From Spirochaetia bacterium (GTDB lineage: Bacteria > Spirochaetota > Spirochaetia > SZUA-6 > Bin103), in contig CBDBOV010000002.1 in assembly GCA_965208575.1 (NCBI GenBank), positions 352,001-416,000 of the forward strand: DNA of 64,000 nucleotides, written 5' to 3'. Shown here in pieces: positions 20,411-31,800 of this stretch (position 1 is the first letter of the stretch; the number at the start of each line of letters is the position of its first letter). Below the pieces are notes generated by a model. That model was not told where the DNA came from, searched no databases, and saw nothing but the letters and a program-made list of their open reading frames with translations. Made by a program: the position numbers and the translations under genes.

Positions 20411-20767
20411 TTGGAAAAGGCGTTCACCGAATCTATGCGGCAGCGGTTGACCGCACTGAAAAAAGACATACTCACGCATCTGGCCCAGGAGGACGCGGAG
20501 TTCCGCGAACTGTGGGAGGACATGGATCCCAAGGACCTGGTGGATGTTGCCGCCGAGGATGTCGACCGCAAGACGCTCGAGGCGCTCGGCGCCCAGGAAA
20601 TGCGCCGACTCAATCTGATCGAGTCGGCGCTCGCGCGCATTCCCAACGGCCACTACGGGGTATGCATGAAGTGCGGGTCGCGGATTCCCCGCGAACGGCT
20701 GGAGGCGATCCCCTACGCGCTGCTGTGCATCGGCTGCCAATCCTCGGAGGAACGCCGCAACCGCTGA
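20411..20767 (+). CDS. DksA/TraR C4-type zinc finger protein
   Basis: DLVDVA coiled-coil tip, YGVCMKCG...RLEAIPYALLCIGCQ; TTG start after GGGAG. Confidence 0.88.
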   Translation: MEKAFTESMRQRLTALKKDILTHLAQEDAEFRELWEDMDPKDLVDVAAEDVDRKTLEALGAQEMRRLNLIESALARIPNGHYGVCMKCGSRIPRERLEAIPYALLCIGCQSSEERRNR

Positions 20768-20788
20768 CGGGCCGTTGGCCGAGGGCGG

Positions 20789-21418
20789 CTAACCGCCGGC
20801 GTTCCCATGGCCGGCATCGTGCCGGTGCACGGAGTCGTCACGGTGCACGGCATCGTGCCGGTGCGCGGTGGCGCACAGCATGCTCTTGCCCAGCGCCTCC
20901 AGGCGCGGTCCGTAGCGCGACAGCATGGCTGCCTCGGGCAGCAGCGCGGGATCGCGATCCACCTCCAGGTCTGGGTGCAGCAGCAGCAGTACGACCGCCT
21001 GCAGGTAGTAGTCGAAGAAATCGGTCACCAGGTGCAGTCGTCCGCCCCGGCGCAGCAGCCGCGCCAGGCGTGCCACCGTGTCGCCGCGCAGCAGCCGCCG
21101 CTTGCGGTGGCGCCGCTTCGGCCACGGATCGGGGAAGTAGACGTGCACGGCATCGAGGCTCTGCGCCGGTAGCCAGCCGATCACCTGTTCGGCGCGGCCA
21201 TGCACGATGACGCCGTTGCCGGCGCCGGCCGCGGCCAGCTTGCGGGCGCTCTTGCGGCACCGCTCCAGCTTCAGTTCCGTGCCGATCACCAGGGTGTCGC
21301 GGTGCGCGGCGCTGTGCGCGGCGAGGAAGTTGCCGTTGCCGCTGCCGATCTCCAGCTCCGCGCGCGGCGCACGCTGCAACAGCGGCGCCAGCCGCGCCAG
21401 GTCGGCCTGCGGCCACAC
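20789..21418 (-). CDS. trmB: tRNA (guanine-N7)-methyltransferase
   Basis: LEIGSGNG, YFPDPWPKRRHRKRRL, LVTD. Confidence 0.93.
   Translation of the reverse strand: MWPQADLARLAPLLQRAPRAELEIGSGNGNFLAAHSAAHRDTLVIGTELKLERCRKSARKLAAAGAGNGVIVHGRAEQVIGWLPAQSLDAVHVYFPDPWPKRRHRKRRLLRGDTVARLARLLRRGGRLHLVTDFFDYYLQAVVLLLLHPDLEVDRDPALLPEAAMLSRYGPRLEALGKSMLCATAHRHDAVHRDDSVHRHDAGHGNAGG
20812..20865. repeat. 3 x 18-bp tandem repeat encoding the His-rich TrmB tail
   Basis: CGGCATCGTGCCGGTGCA / CGGAGTCGTCACGGTGCA / CGGCATCGTGCCGGTGCG, giving HRHDAV-HRDDSV-HRHDAG. Confidence 0.8.
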
Positions 21419-21483
21419 CTCGGCGCCGTCCGCGGGCGGCCACCCCGGCGGTGGGTCGCCCGAGCGATGCCGGATCGGACCGC

Positions 21484-22032
21484 TCAGTTCTTGGCGCGGG
21501 CGAAATCGACCGTGATTCGCCGTCCCTTGAAGCTGGTTCCGGAAAGAGCGGAAATGGTGTCCTGCGCGATCGCCTCCGGCACCTCGACGAACGAGTAGCT
21601 GTCCAGGACCCTGATTTCACCCAGGTCGGACCGGTCCACGGCGACCGACGCACTGATCAGTTCGGCCAGGTCGTCGGGCTGCACGCGCCGGTTGCGCCCG
21701 ATGCTGACGAACAGCCGGCGCAACCCGCCGGCGGCGGGCTCGGCTTCCCGGCGCGGCCGGGCGCGCGGCGCGGCGGCGGCCGGCTCCCGGCGTGACCGGC
21801 GGCGCTGCTCGCCGCGCCGCGCATCGGCGCCCCGGTCCGGCCGGGCGCCGGCCCGGGCAAGTTCCTTCACCATGTACGCCGTCACGTAGCCGCGCAGGTT
21901 GAAAGGCACGTGCTTCTTGAACAGCGCGCGGTATTCCTTGAGTTCAACGGGATCTTCGCGCTCCCGTACCGTGGTCACCATGCGTTCGAGGGCCGCGGTG
22001 ATTGCCTCGGACGGTACGTCAGCGGTTTCCAA
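21484..22032 (-). CDS. Stand-alone DbpA RNA-binding domain protein
   Basis: RLFVSIGRNRRV...LGEIRVLDSYSFVEV...FKGRRITVDFA; TTG start after GGGAG (alternative GTG at 22062). Confidence 0.85.
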   Translation of the reverse strand: METADVPSEAITAALERMVTTVREREDPVELKEYRALFKKHVPFNLRGYVTAYMVKELARAGARPDRGADARRGEQRRRSRREPAAAAPRARPRREAEPAAGGLRRLFVSIGRNRRVQPDDLAELISASVAVDRSDLGEIRVLDSYSFVEVPEAIAQDTISALSGTSFKGRRITVDFARAKN

Positions 22033-22110
22033 GCTCCACTCCCACGATTGGAAGTATAGCACGCGGCGGGCGTTCCCGGTATGCTCCGGCTACCGAAAGC
22101 GGGAGGAACA

Positions 22111-23127
22111 ATGCAGGTCTATTACGAGGACGACATCGAGCGCCAGTGGATCGCCGGCAAGAGAGTGGCGGTGATCGGATACGGCAGCCAGGGCTTCGCG
22201 CACGCCAACAACCTGCGCGACTCGGGGGTGGAGGTGGCCGTCGGGCTGCGTCCCGACAGCGCCAGCGCGGCCAAGGTCAAGGAAACCGGCATACCGGTGC
22301 TGGAGACGGCCGCCGCCGCGGCCTGGGCCGACGCCATCATGGTGCTGGTACCGGATCACCTGCAGGCGGAGATCTACGAGCGCGACATCAAGCCCGGCCT
22401 GGCGCCCGGCAACAACCTGATGTTCGCCCACGGCTTCAACATCCACTTCGGGCTGATCAAGCCGGACGCCGACGTGGACGTGACCATGGTCGCCCCCAAG
22501 GGGCCCGGTCACACCGTGCGCCGCCAGTATGAGCTCGGCTACGGCGTGCCGTGCCTGGTGGCGGTGGCCAACGACGCATCCGGCGGCGGCAAGAACCTGG
22601 CCCTGGCGTACGCCGCGGCAATCGGCGGCGCGCGCGCCGGGGTGATCGAGACCAACTTTCGCGAGGAGACCGAGACCGACCTGTTCGGCGAGCAGTCGGT
22701 GCTGTGCGGCGGCCTGACCCACTTGATGCAGGCCGGCTACGAGACGCTGATCGAGGCGGGCTACGCCCCGGAGATGGCCTACTTCGAGACCATCCACGAG
22801 GTGAAGCTGATCGTCGACCTGATCTACGAGGGCGGCATGTCGCTGATGCGCTACTCGGTGTCGGACACCGCCGAGTTCGGCGACTACGTTTCGGGCGAGC
22901 GCCTGATCGACGCCCGCATCAAGGGCGAGATGAAGAAGATCCTGGCGGAGATCCAGGACGGCAGCTTCGCGCGCCGCTGGATGGACGAGAACCGCGCCGG
23001 CCGCGAGGGCTTCCTGAAGATGCGCGCCGACCACGCCGGCCACCAGCTCGAGGAAGTCGGCGCCAAGCTGCGCTCCATGATGCCCTGGATCGCCAAGGAA
23101 CGCCTGGTCGACAAGTCCAGGAACTGA
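22111..23127 (+). CDS. ilvC: Ketol-acid reductoisomerase
   Basis: [39 protein letters not shown]; RBS GGAGG. Confidence 0.98.
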   Translation: MQVYYEDDIERQWIAGKRVAVIGYGSQGFAHANNLRDSGVEVAVGLRPDSASAAKVKETGIPVLETAAAAAWADAIMVLVPDHLQAEIYERDIKPGLAPGNNLMFAHGFNIHFGLIKPDADVDVTMVAPKGPGHTVRRQYELGYGVPCLVAVANDASGGGKNLALAYAAAIGGARAGVIETNFREETETDLFGEQSVLCGGLTHLMQAGYETLIEAGYAPEMAYFETIHEVKLIVDLIYEGGMSLMRYSVSDTAEFGDYVSGERLIDARIKGEMKKILAEIQDGSFARRWMDENRAGREGFLKMRADHAGHQLEEVGAKLRSMMPWIAKERLVDKSRN

Positions 23128-23248
23128 CCGGCACGCGGGACGGGCCGCTGCGTCGACCCGCCCCGCGTCCCCGAACCGCCGGCGCCGGCAGCATTGCTGT
23201 GCCGCGGCGGCGCGACCGAGTGGCAGTGCCTTAACGGACGCTGCCGGG

Positions 23249-23510
23249 TGCGGAGCCTCTCGCTCAACGCCTGGTGGCTGATTCCGAGGAGCGCGGTCTG
23301 CGCCTTCAGATTGCGTGCTCGAGCGCTCGCCGCACGGCCTGTTCGAAGCTCTCCTTCTCTATCGGCTGAGCACGGAGTCATACACGTGGTCATAGGCGCG
23401 AGCTTCATGCTCTGCACCGCCACGGCAAGGTCGTTGGTCGCCGTGACGACCACCACCGGAATGTCGGGACGGGCCGATGCGACACGCTCCAGCATCTCCC
23501 GACCGGCAGT
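23249..23510 (-). pseudogene. Remnant of an NtrC-type response regulator (receiver fragment joined to a Fis-type HTH)
   Basis: GREMLERVASARPDIPVVVVTATNDLAVAVQSMKL followed within ~30 codons by NLKAQTALLGISHQALSERLR; no AAA+ domain and no proper start. Confidence 0.65.
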
Positions 23511-23675
23511 GCCGCCATGCCCCACGGACGTGAGCGCCGCCGCCGTCGTTGATCGGCACCCGCAGATGCCACCATGGCATGCCGCCGAGTGAACGACCCG
23601 TGCGGGCGGAAAATACACGCGATACCCTCTCAGGAGATGAAATAGCGATGGTCTGTAGGTTTCCGATATTACTAC

Positions 23676-23690
23676 TTGACAATATGTCAA
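23676..23690. promoter_or_regulatory. Palindrome TTGACA-ATA-TGTCAA (operator or back-to-back -35 boxes) upstream of the adhesin operon
   Basis: Perfect 6-3-6 inverted repeat in an AT-rich intergenic patch. Confidence 0.45.
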
Positions 23691-23730
23691 ATTAGACCGA
23701 CCATCCACATAAGCAGTGGATCACCCATCC

Positions 23731-23869
23731 ACACGCACATTTACACGCGACTCTGTACAACTCGGCAAATTACGACGGACCCTGCCCGGCGCCGTTCCGC
23801 GACGCGGGCCGTGACGCATGCGCGGCTCTAGGGTTGCCGGCTCGGAGTAGGTGCCCGATGGCGGAGCGA
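23731..23869 (+). repeat. Conserved non-coding leader, copy 1
   Basis: Colinear with 53060-53200; core 23835-23869 is 34/35 identical to 53166-53200. Confidence 0.8.
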
Positions 23870-24074
23870 GGAAACGACTCTTTGAGTAACAGATTGCTAA
23901 TAGCCCGGCGACACTCCTTGTTTTCCCTGTTCAGGGGTTGTCGGGACGAGTTGGAGCCCGAGCTTTCGGGCTTGGCGGTCGAGATGAGCGAACCTTCCGT
24001 TGCGGCGCCGCCGCTCGCAGGCGTCGATGCCGTGCTCGTTTCCCACCCTCTCTGCCACGCACGCAACTGACGAA

Positions 24075-25766
24075 ATGAGCCGCGTGTTTCCGGCCGGGCG
24101 GGATTCCCGCCGCCCGCCTTCCTGCCTCGGCCGAGCTACCGGGCGTGCGTCCTCACCTCCATGGCCGCGTTTTCCTTCACGTTCCGGCGCGTGGACGACA
24201 GCGCTGATGTTGCTCGCGTTCGCCGCGGGGGCGGCGGCGCAGGAGGGGCCCCGCCTCCTGACCGGCCTGACCGCGGAGGTCAGCCGTGACGGGGTCGTCC
24301 TCGCCTGGACCGTGGACGAGACCCTCGCGCACCGCATCGCCGGCTTCTCCTGCGTGTACCGTACGCCGGCGCACCTGCGGCTCGGCGTCGACGGCATCGT
24401 GCCCTGTGAGCCCGAGCGTGGTCCGGCGGAGATGCGCCTCCGCACCATTGCCGGTCTGCCCGAGTACGGCGAGTACGACTTCGAGCTGGTCGCGGACGAG
24501 GTGCCTGACGGGCCGGGGATCCCTTGGCCTCTGCGGGCGTTGCGGGTGCGGGTCGCGGTTACCGAGGATCTCGCGGGCCCGGCCGGAGCCGGGCGGGCGG
24601 TCACCGGTGCCGGACCGCTGGTGGAGAGTTGCGGCCGCGACGATGGGGAGGCCGGCACGGCGGGTGCCCCCCGCTGGCGTCTCGACGAGATCGTGTCGTC
24701 CGCGCACCTGACCCACTATCCGGGCCGCGGCTGGTCGGCGGGGGGCGACGCCTCCGCCCAACCGGACTGGCCGGAACCGCCGTCGCTGCCTGAGCTGATG
24801 GAGCAGGCCGGTCACGATGCGGCGTTCGTGCGGCAGGCCCTGAGCGGGGCCGGGGCGGACACCGAGAAGATTGCGGCGGCGGTCGCCGGCCCTGAGTTCG
24901 AGCCGGTGCTGGCGCGGGCCGCCGCAGGCACCAAGGCGTTGCTGCGCACTGCACCGGGCGGCGCCCGCGAGTTGCGGCTGCACTCCAGCTACCCATTCGG
25001 GGCCGACTACGTGTTCGAGACGAAGCACGCGGTGCCTGGCTGGGGCGACGCCGCCGGCCACCCGGTGGCCTGGGCGGAGTTGCGGCATCGGGTGGACTGT
25101 CCGCCGCCGGGGCGGCCCAACGCCACCCACGACGTGGTTCTGGCCCTGTCCGACGCGACCGGTGACGACCGCCGCCTGGCGCACTCCGGCTATGGCTGGT
25201 GGGCGGTGGCGCCGGTGGGGATGGCCCCGGAGCGCATCGTCGCGACCAAGGCCGGCCTGTCGTACGGCGACCTCTCCCCCCTGCCGCCCGCGGCGCCGGC
25301 GAGCTGGCGCGGACGCCTCAGCGGGCATCTGTTCTGGGACAAGCGCCGCTTCGTCCTGGCCGGCGAGGTGGCGCTGACCCTCGAGCGCACGGACGGTGCC
25401 GCGCGCCTCGCCGGGCGGATCGACGACGTCCGGCTGGCGCCGCTCGACCGCGAGACCCTGCGTCCGGGGGCGGGTCCGGGGTTGCCGTGGCGTTCCCTGA
25501 CCCTCGCCCCCGCGCCGGCGCAAGAAGGCGCGTGGTCGGGCACGGCGAGCGCCGGGGCGCGAAATCCCGCCGGGGCGTCCGGGAACATGCCGGCGGCGGA
25601 GGCCTTCCGCGGCGACTGGCGGGCCGCTGCTTACGGCCCGCACGCCGGAGAGGTCGCCGGGCGGCTGCGCCTGTGGACGCCGCTGGCGGCGGTCGCGGAC
25701 CCGGTCACCGACTGGCCGGAGCAGGCGGTCCTCGTCGCCGGATTCGGCGCGGAGCGCACACAGTGA
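24075..25766 (+). CDS. Secreted protein with an N-terminal FN3-like domain and a C-terminal TbpB-like beta-barrel
   Basis: Signal peptide ALMLLAFAAGAAA; FN3-like LTGLTAEV..VVLAWT..TIAGLPEYGEYDFELVA; barrel motif GDWRAAAYGPHAGEVAG...VAGFGA. Confidence 0.6.
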   Translation: MSRVFPAGRDSRRPPSCLGRATGRASSPPWPRFPSRSGAWTTALMLLAFAAGAAAQEGPRLLTGLTAEVSRDGVVLAWTVDETLAHRIAGFSCVYRTPAHLRLGVDGIVPCEPERGPAEMRLRTIAGLPEYGEYDFELVADEVPDGPGIPWPLRALRVRVAVTEDLAGPAGAGRAVTGAGPLVESCGRDDGEAGTAGAPRWRLDEIVSSAHLTHYPGRGWSAGGDASAQPDWPEPPSLPELMEQAGHDAAFVRQALSGAGADTEKIAAAVAGPEFEPVLARAAAGTKALLRTAPGGARELRLHSSYPFGADYVFETKHAVPGWGDAAGHPVAWAELRHRVDCPPPGRPNATHDVVLALSDATGDDRRLAHSGYGWWAVAPVGMAPERIVATKAGLSYGDLSPLPPAAPASWRGRLSGHLFWDKRRFVLAGEVALTLERTDGAARLAGRIDDVRLAPLDRETLRPGAGPGLPWRSLTLAPAPAQEGAWSGTASAGARNPAGASGNMPAAEAFRGDWRAAAYGPHAGEVAGRLRLWTPLAAVADPVTDWPEQAVLVAGFGAERTQ

Positions 25767-25834
25767 GCCGACCGACCCGTCAATGCCCCGCCTCCTCCGG
25801 CGGCCCGCTGCCGGCGTGCGTGAAGCGCGTTGAA

Positions 25835-28800
25835 ATGGCCGTGAAGTTGGTCGCGCTGCGTCGCGCAACACCGCTCGTGTTTGTCCTCGCCTTGCTCGCC
25901 GGCACGTTCTGCGCTGCCGGTCCGGTGCTGGCGGAGCCGGTGGTGCGCGCCGTCGCGCTGGTGTCGGAGCCGACGGTGGACGCTGACGGGAGCGGCTCGA
26001 ACGAGACCTACAAGGTGGGCGACACGGTGCGCGCGCGGGTGACGTTCGACACGGCGGTGGACGTGGCCGGCAGCCCGGTGCTGAGGCTGCAGTTCGACCC
26101 GAGGTACGGCCAGAAGCCCATGACCTTCGACGCCACCCGGGGCCGGACGAACACGACGACGCTGGAGTTCACCTACGAGGTGGTGTCCGGCAACCTCTCC
26201 CGGCCGGGCATCGCGTTCTACGCGAACAAGCTGAGCGTGGGAGCGAACGCGAGCATCCGCGCGACCGGGACGCAGCAGAACGCGAACTTGGCGTTCGCCA
26301 GGGTGGACCACGACGCGGGCCACAAGGTGGACGGGCTCGGGCCGAAGGTGTCGAGCGCGGGGGTGGCCGGCACGACCCTGACCATCGTCTTCGACGAGCC
26401 GCTCGTCGACGCCGCCTCGCTCGCCAACAGCGCCTTCACGGTGAAGCGCACGCGCGCGGGCACCGAGGCCACGGTGAGCCTGAGCGGTTCGCCGTCGATC
26501 AGCGGCGCGACGCTGACCCTGACGCTGGCGAGCGCGGTGCTGTCGACCGACACCGCCGTCAAGGTGAGCTACGCCAAGCCCACCTCGGGCGCGGGCAACA
26601 CGCTGCGCGACGCGCCCGGCAACGACGTGAAGAACTTTGCCGATCGCGCCGTGTTGAACAAGCTGCACGCGCCGGGATCATGCGGAGCGGCCTCGAATCC
26701 CGGAGACTGGATCGCGTCGGTCACGTCCTCCACGACGACGATCAGCGTCACCTTGAAGAACCCTGCCCCGACCGGAATCGTGATTTTCGAAGTCTGCCGA
26801 GCCACGTCGCCAGGGAGGTTCAGCATCTTCAATGGCCTCAGCGTTACCGATCCTCGCGGAGGAAGCAGCCACACGTTTGACGCCGGTGGCGGCAGGCTCG
26901 ACCATCCCCTGCAATCGGGCACCGACCACTGGGTGCGTGTCCTCCCCGATTACCGCAGCGAACCCAGTGTGTGGTACTACATCCGCACCCGGGCGAACAC
27001 GGCGCCGAGCTTCGCGACGGGTGCCGCGTCGGGGTTCAGCGTGGTGGAGGGCAGCGCCGCGGGCGCGGCGGTGGGCACGGTGGCGGCGACCGACCCGGAC
27101 GGCGACACGCTGACCTATTCGCTGGCCAGCGACGGCACCGACCACGAAACGTTCGCCATCGACAGCGGCGGCCGCATCACGGTGGCGTCCGGCGCGACGC
27201 TGGAGCACGAGACGCAGGCGAGCTACTCGCTGACGGTGCAGGTGCATGACGGCAAGGACTACCGGGGCGACGCGGACAGCACGGTGGACGCGTCTCACGA
27301 CCTGACCGTGACGGTGAGGAACGTGCCGGTGGTGAGCGCCGTGGCGCTGGTGTCGGAGCCGACGGTGGACGCCGACGGCGACGGCACGGACGAGACCTAC
27401 AAGGTGGGCGATGAGGTGCGCGCGCGGGTGACGTTCGACGCGGCGGTGGACGTGGCGGGCAGCCCGGTGCTGAAGCTGGATTTCGACCCGGCGGAGTGGG
27501 GTGAGAAGTCGATGACCTTCGACGCCGCCCGGAGCCGGACGAACACGACGACGCTGGAGTTCACCTACGAGGTGGTGGCGAACAACCTGTCCACGCAGGG
27601 CATCGCGTTCTACGCGAACAAGCTGAGCGTGGGCGCGGGGGTGAGCATCCGCGCGGCGGGCAAGCAGCAGAACGCCGACCTGACCTTTGCCAAGGTGAAG
27701 CACGACGCGGCCCACAAGGTGGACGGGGTCGCGCCGGCGCTGATTGCGACCGCGCCGGTTTCGGTGACCTCGTCGGCGGGAGCGGCCGCCATTTACGCGA
27801 TCGGCGACGCGATCGAGATCACGGCGACGTTCAACGAGGCGGTGACGGTGACCACGGCGGGCACCCCGGTGGCGGGGCCGCGGCTCGCGTTCACGCTGGG
27901 GACGGGGACGAAGCACGCGGTGTACCACTCGGGCAGCGGCACGGCGGCGCTGGTGTTCCGCTACCCGGTGGCGGAGGGCGATGCGGACGGCGACGGCATT
28001 GCCGTGGCCGCGAACGGGCTGGAACTGAACGGCGGCACGATCGCGGACGCGGCCGGGAACGCGGCGGCGGCCGCGCAGCTTGAACACCCGGCCGTGGCCG
28101 CGCTTTCCGGCCACAAGGTGGACGGGGTGCGCCCGACGGTGCGGAGCGTGGTGGTGGCCGGCACGAAGCTGAAGGTGACGTTCAGCGAGACGCTGGGGGC
28201 GGCGTCGAGCCTCGCGAGCACGGCGTTCGCGGTGAAGAAGACCCCGCGGGGCGGGGTGGAGCAGACGGTGGCACTGAGCGGTTCGCCGTCGCTCTCCGGT
28301 GCGACGCTGACCCTGACGCTGGCGAGCGCGGTGGTGGGGACCGACACCGGGGTGAAGGTGAGCTACACCGCTCCCACCACGGGCACGGACAACACGCTGC
28401 GGGACGCGGTCGGCAACGACGTGAAGAGCTTTTCCGACGTGGCGGTAACGCCGATCAGGGGGGTGAGCGCCGTGGCGCTGGTGTCGGCGCCGCCCGCGGG
28501 GCAGAACGACACCTACAAGGTGGGCGATGAGGTGCGCGCGCGGGTGACGTTCAACGGCCCGGTGGACGTGACGGGCAGCCCGGTGCTGAAGCTGGATTTC
28601 GACCCTGGGGACTGGGGCGAGAAGTCGATGACCTTCGACGCCACCCGGAGCCGGACGAGCACGACGACGCTGGAGTTCACCTACGAGGTGGTGGCGGACA
28701 ACCTCTCCACGCAGGGCATCGCGTTCTACGCGAACAAGCTGAGCGCGGGCGGGAACGTGAGCATCCGCACGGCGGGGACGCAGCAGGACGCGGACCTGGC

Positions 28801-31800
28801 GTTCGCCAAGGTGGAGCACGACGCGGACCACAAGGTGGACGGGGTCCTGCCCGATCTGATTGCGGCGGATCCGGTCTCGGTGACCTCGGCGGCGGGGGCG
28901 GACGCCACCTACGCAATCGGCGACCCGATCGAGATCACGGCGACGTTCAACGAGGCGGTGACGGTGACCACGGCCGGGACCCCGGTGGCGGGGCCGCGGC
29001 TCGCACTTACGCTGGGGACGGGGACGAAGCACGCGGTGTACCACTCGGGCAGCGGCACGGCGGCGCTGGTGTTCCGCTACCCGGTGGCGGAGGGCGATGC
29101 GGACGCCGACGGCATTGCGATCGTCGGGAACGGGTTGGGACTGAACGGCGGCACGATCGCGGACGCGGCCGGGAACGCGGCGGCGGCCGAGCAGCTTGAG
29201 CACGCGGCATTGGATCGGCTCACCAGCCACAAGGTGGACGGGGTGCGCCCGACGGTGCGGAGCGCGGCGGCGGCCGGCACGAAGCTGAAGGTGACGTTCA
29301 GCGAGACGCTGGGGGCGGCGTCGAGCCTGGCGAACGGCGCGTTCGAGGTGAAGAAGACCCCGCGGGACGGGGTGGAGCAGACGGTGACGCTGAGCGGTTC
29401 GCCGTCGATCAGCGGGGCGACGCTGACCCTGACGCTGGCGAGCGCGGTGGTGGGGACCGACACCGCCATCAAGGTGAGCTACACCAGGCCGACGACGGGC
29501 ACGGCCAACACGCTGCGGGACGCGGTTGGCAATGACGCGGAGAACTTCGCCGACCAGGCGGTGCAGGTGGGCAACTTCGCGCCGAGCTTCGCGTCGGATG
29601 CTCCGTCGCGGTTCAGCGTGGCCGAGAACAGCGCCGCGGGCACGGCGGTGGGCACGGTGGCGGCCACCGACCCGGACGGCGGCACGCTGACCTATTCGCT
29701 GACCAGCGCCGGCACCGACCACAAAGCGTTCGCCATCGACAGCGGCGGCCGGATCACGGTGGCGTCCGGCGCGACGCTGGACCACGAGTCGCGGTCGAGC
29801 TACTCGCTCACCGTCCGGGTGCACGACGGCGGGAATTTCTTCGGCGGCCCGGGCACCGCCGTGGATGCGTCTCACCGCTTGACCATCACGGTGACGGACT
29901 TGACGGTCGAGCCGCCGGGGACGCCGTCGAAGCCGACGGTGAGGGGCACGCCGAGCAGCTTGCGGGTGAACTGGAACGCGCCGGACATGACCGGCCGGCC
30001 GGCGATCACGGGCTACGACGTTCGCTGGTTCAAGGGCAGCGCCGACCCGGCCCAGGACGCGCAGTGGACCAGGCACTTTCACGCCGGGGCCGCGACCCGC
30101 ACCACCATCGCCGAACTGGACCCCGGCAGCGCCTACCGGGTGCAGGTGCGGGCCGTGAACGCCGACGGCAAGAGCCCCTGGACCACCTCCGGCCAGGGCC
30201 GCACAACGTCGTCGGCGGCGCCGGCACAATGCGGATCGCCCTTGAATCCCGGAAACTGGATCGCGTCGGTCGCATCCTCCGCCACGACCGTCACCGTCAC
30301 CTTGACGACCGCTCCCCCGACCGGGACCGTTCATTTCGAAGTCTGTCAATTGGAGTTGGGGGGAGGTTACCGAACCTTTTTCGGCCGCAGCGTTACCAAT
30401 CCCGCGAGGGGCAGCAGTCATACGTTTGGCAGTGGTGGCAGCCGACCGCTGCCCTCGGGCACCGACCACTGGGTGCGTGTCCTCACCGCCTCCCACAATG
30501 CTGGCGCGTGGCACTACTTCCGCACCCGGGCGAACACGGCGCCGAGCTTCGCGACGGGTGCCGCGTCGGGGTTCAGCGTGGTGGAGGGTAGCGCCGCGGG
30601 CGCGGCGGTGGGCACGGTGGCGGCGGCCGACCCGGACGGCGATACGCTGACCTATTCGCTGGCCAGCGACGGCACGGACCACGAAACGTTCGCCATCGAC
30701 AGCGGCGGCCGCATCACGGTGGCGTCCGGCGCGACGCTGGAGCACGAGACGCAGGCGAGCTACTCGCTGACGGTGCAGGTGCATGACGGCAAGGACTACC
30801 GGGGCGACGCGGACAGCACGGTGGACGCGTCTCACGACCTGACCGTGACGGTGACGAACGTGCCGGTGGTGAGCGCGGTGGCGCTGGTGTCGGAGCCGAC
30901 GGTGGACGCCGACGGCGACGGCACGGACGAGACCTACAAGGTGGGCGACACGGTGCGTGCGCGGGTGACGTTCGACGCGGCGGTGGACGTGGCGGGCAGC
31001 CCGGTGCTGAAGCTGGATTTCGACCCGGCGGAGTGGGGCGAGAAGTCGATGACCTTCGACACCGCCCGGAGCCGGACGAACACGACGACGCTGGAGTTCA
31101 CCTACGAGGTGGTGGCGAACAACCTGTCCACGCAGGGTATCGCATTCTACGCGAACAAGCTGAGCGTGGGCGCGGGAGCGAGCATCCGAGCGGCGGGCAA
31201 GCAGCAGAACGCCGACCTGACCTTTGCCAAGGTGAAGCACGACGCGGCCCACAAGGTGGACGGGGTCGCGCCGGCGCTGATTGCGACCGCGCCGGTTTCG
31301 GTGACCTCGTCGGCGGGAGCGGCCGCCATTTACGCGATCGGCGACGCGATCGAGATCACGGCGACGTTCAACGAGGCGGTGACGGTGACCACGGCCGGGA
31401 CCCCGGTGGCGGGGCCACGGCTCGCGTTCACGCTGGGGTCGGGGACGAAGCACGCGGTGTACCACTCGGGCAGCGGCACGGCGGCGCCGGTGTTCCGCTA
31501 CACGGTGGCGGAGGGCGATGCGGACACCGACGGCATTGCCGTGGCCGAGAACGGGCTGGAACTGAACGGCGGCACGATCGCGGACGCGGCGGGGAACGCG
31601 GCGGCGGCCGCGCAGCTCGATCACCCGGCCGTCGCGGCGCTCGCCGCCCACAAGGTGGACGGGGTGCGCCCGACGGTGCGGAGCGTGGTGGTGGCCGGCA
31701 CGAAGCTGAAGGTGACGTTCAGCGAGACGCTGGGGGCGGCGTCGAGCCTCGCGAGCACGGCGTTCGCGGTGACGAAGACCCCGCGGGGCGGGGTGGAGCA

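Noticed and set aside
25199-25834. N-terminal 212-aa extension of the 9,152-aa ORF call
   Set aside because: Overlaps the upstream gene in another frame and is low-complexity; the signal peptide and paralog alignment place the start near 25835-25841
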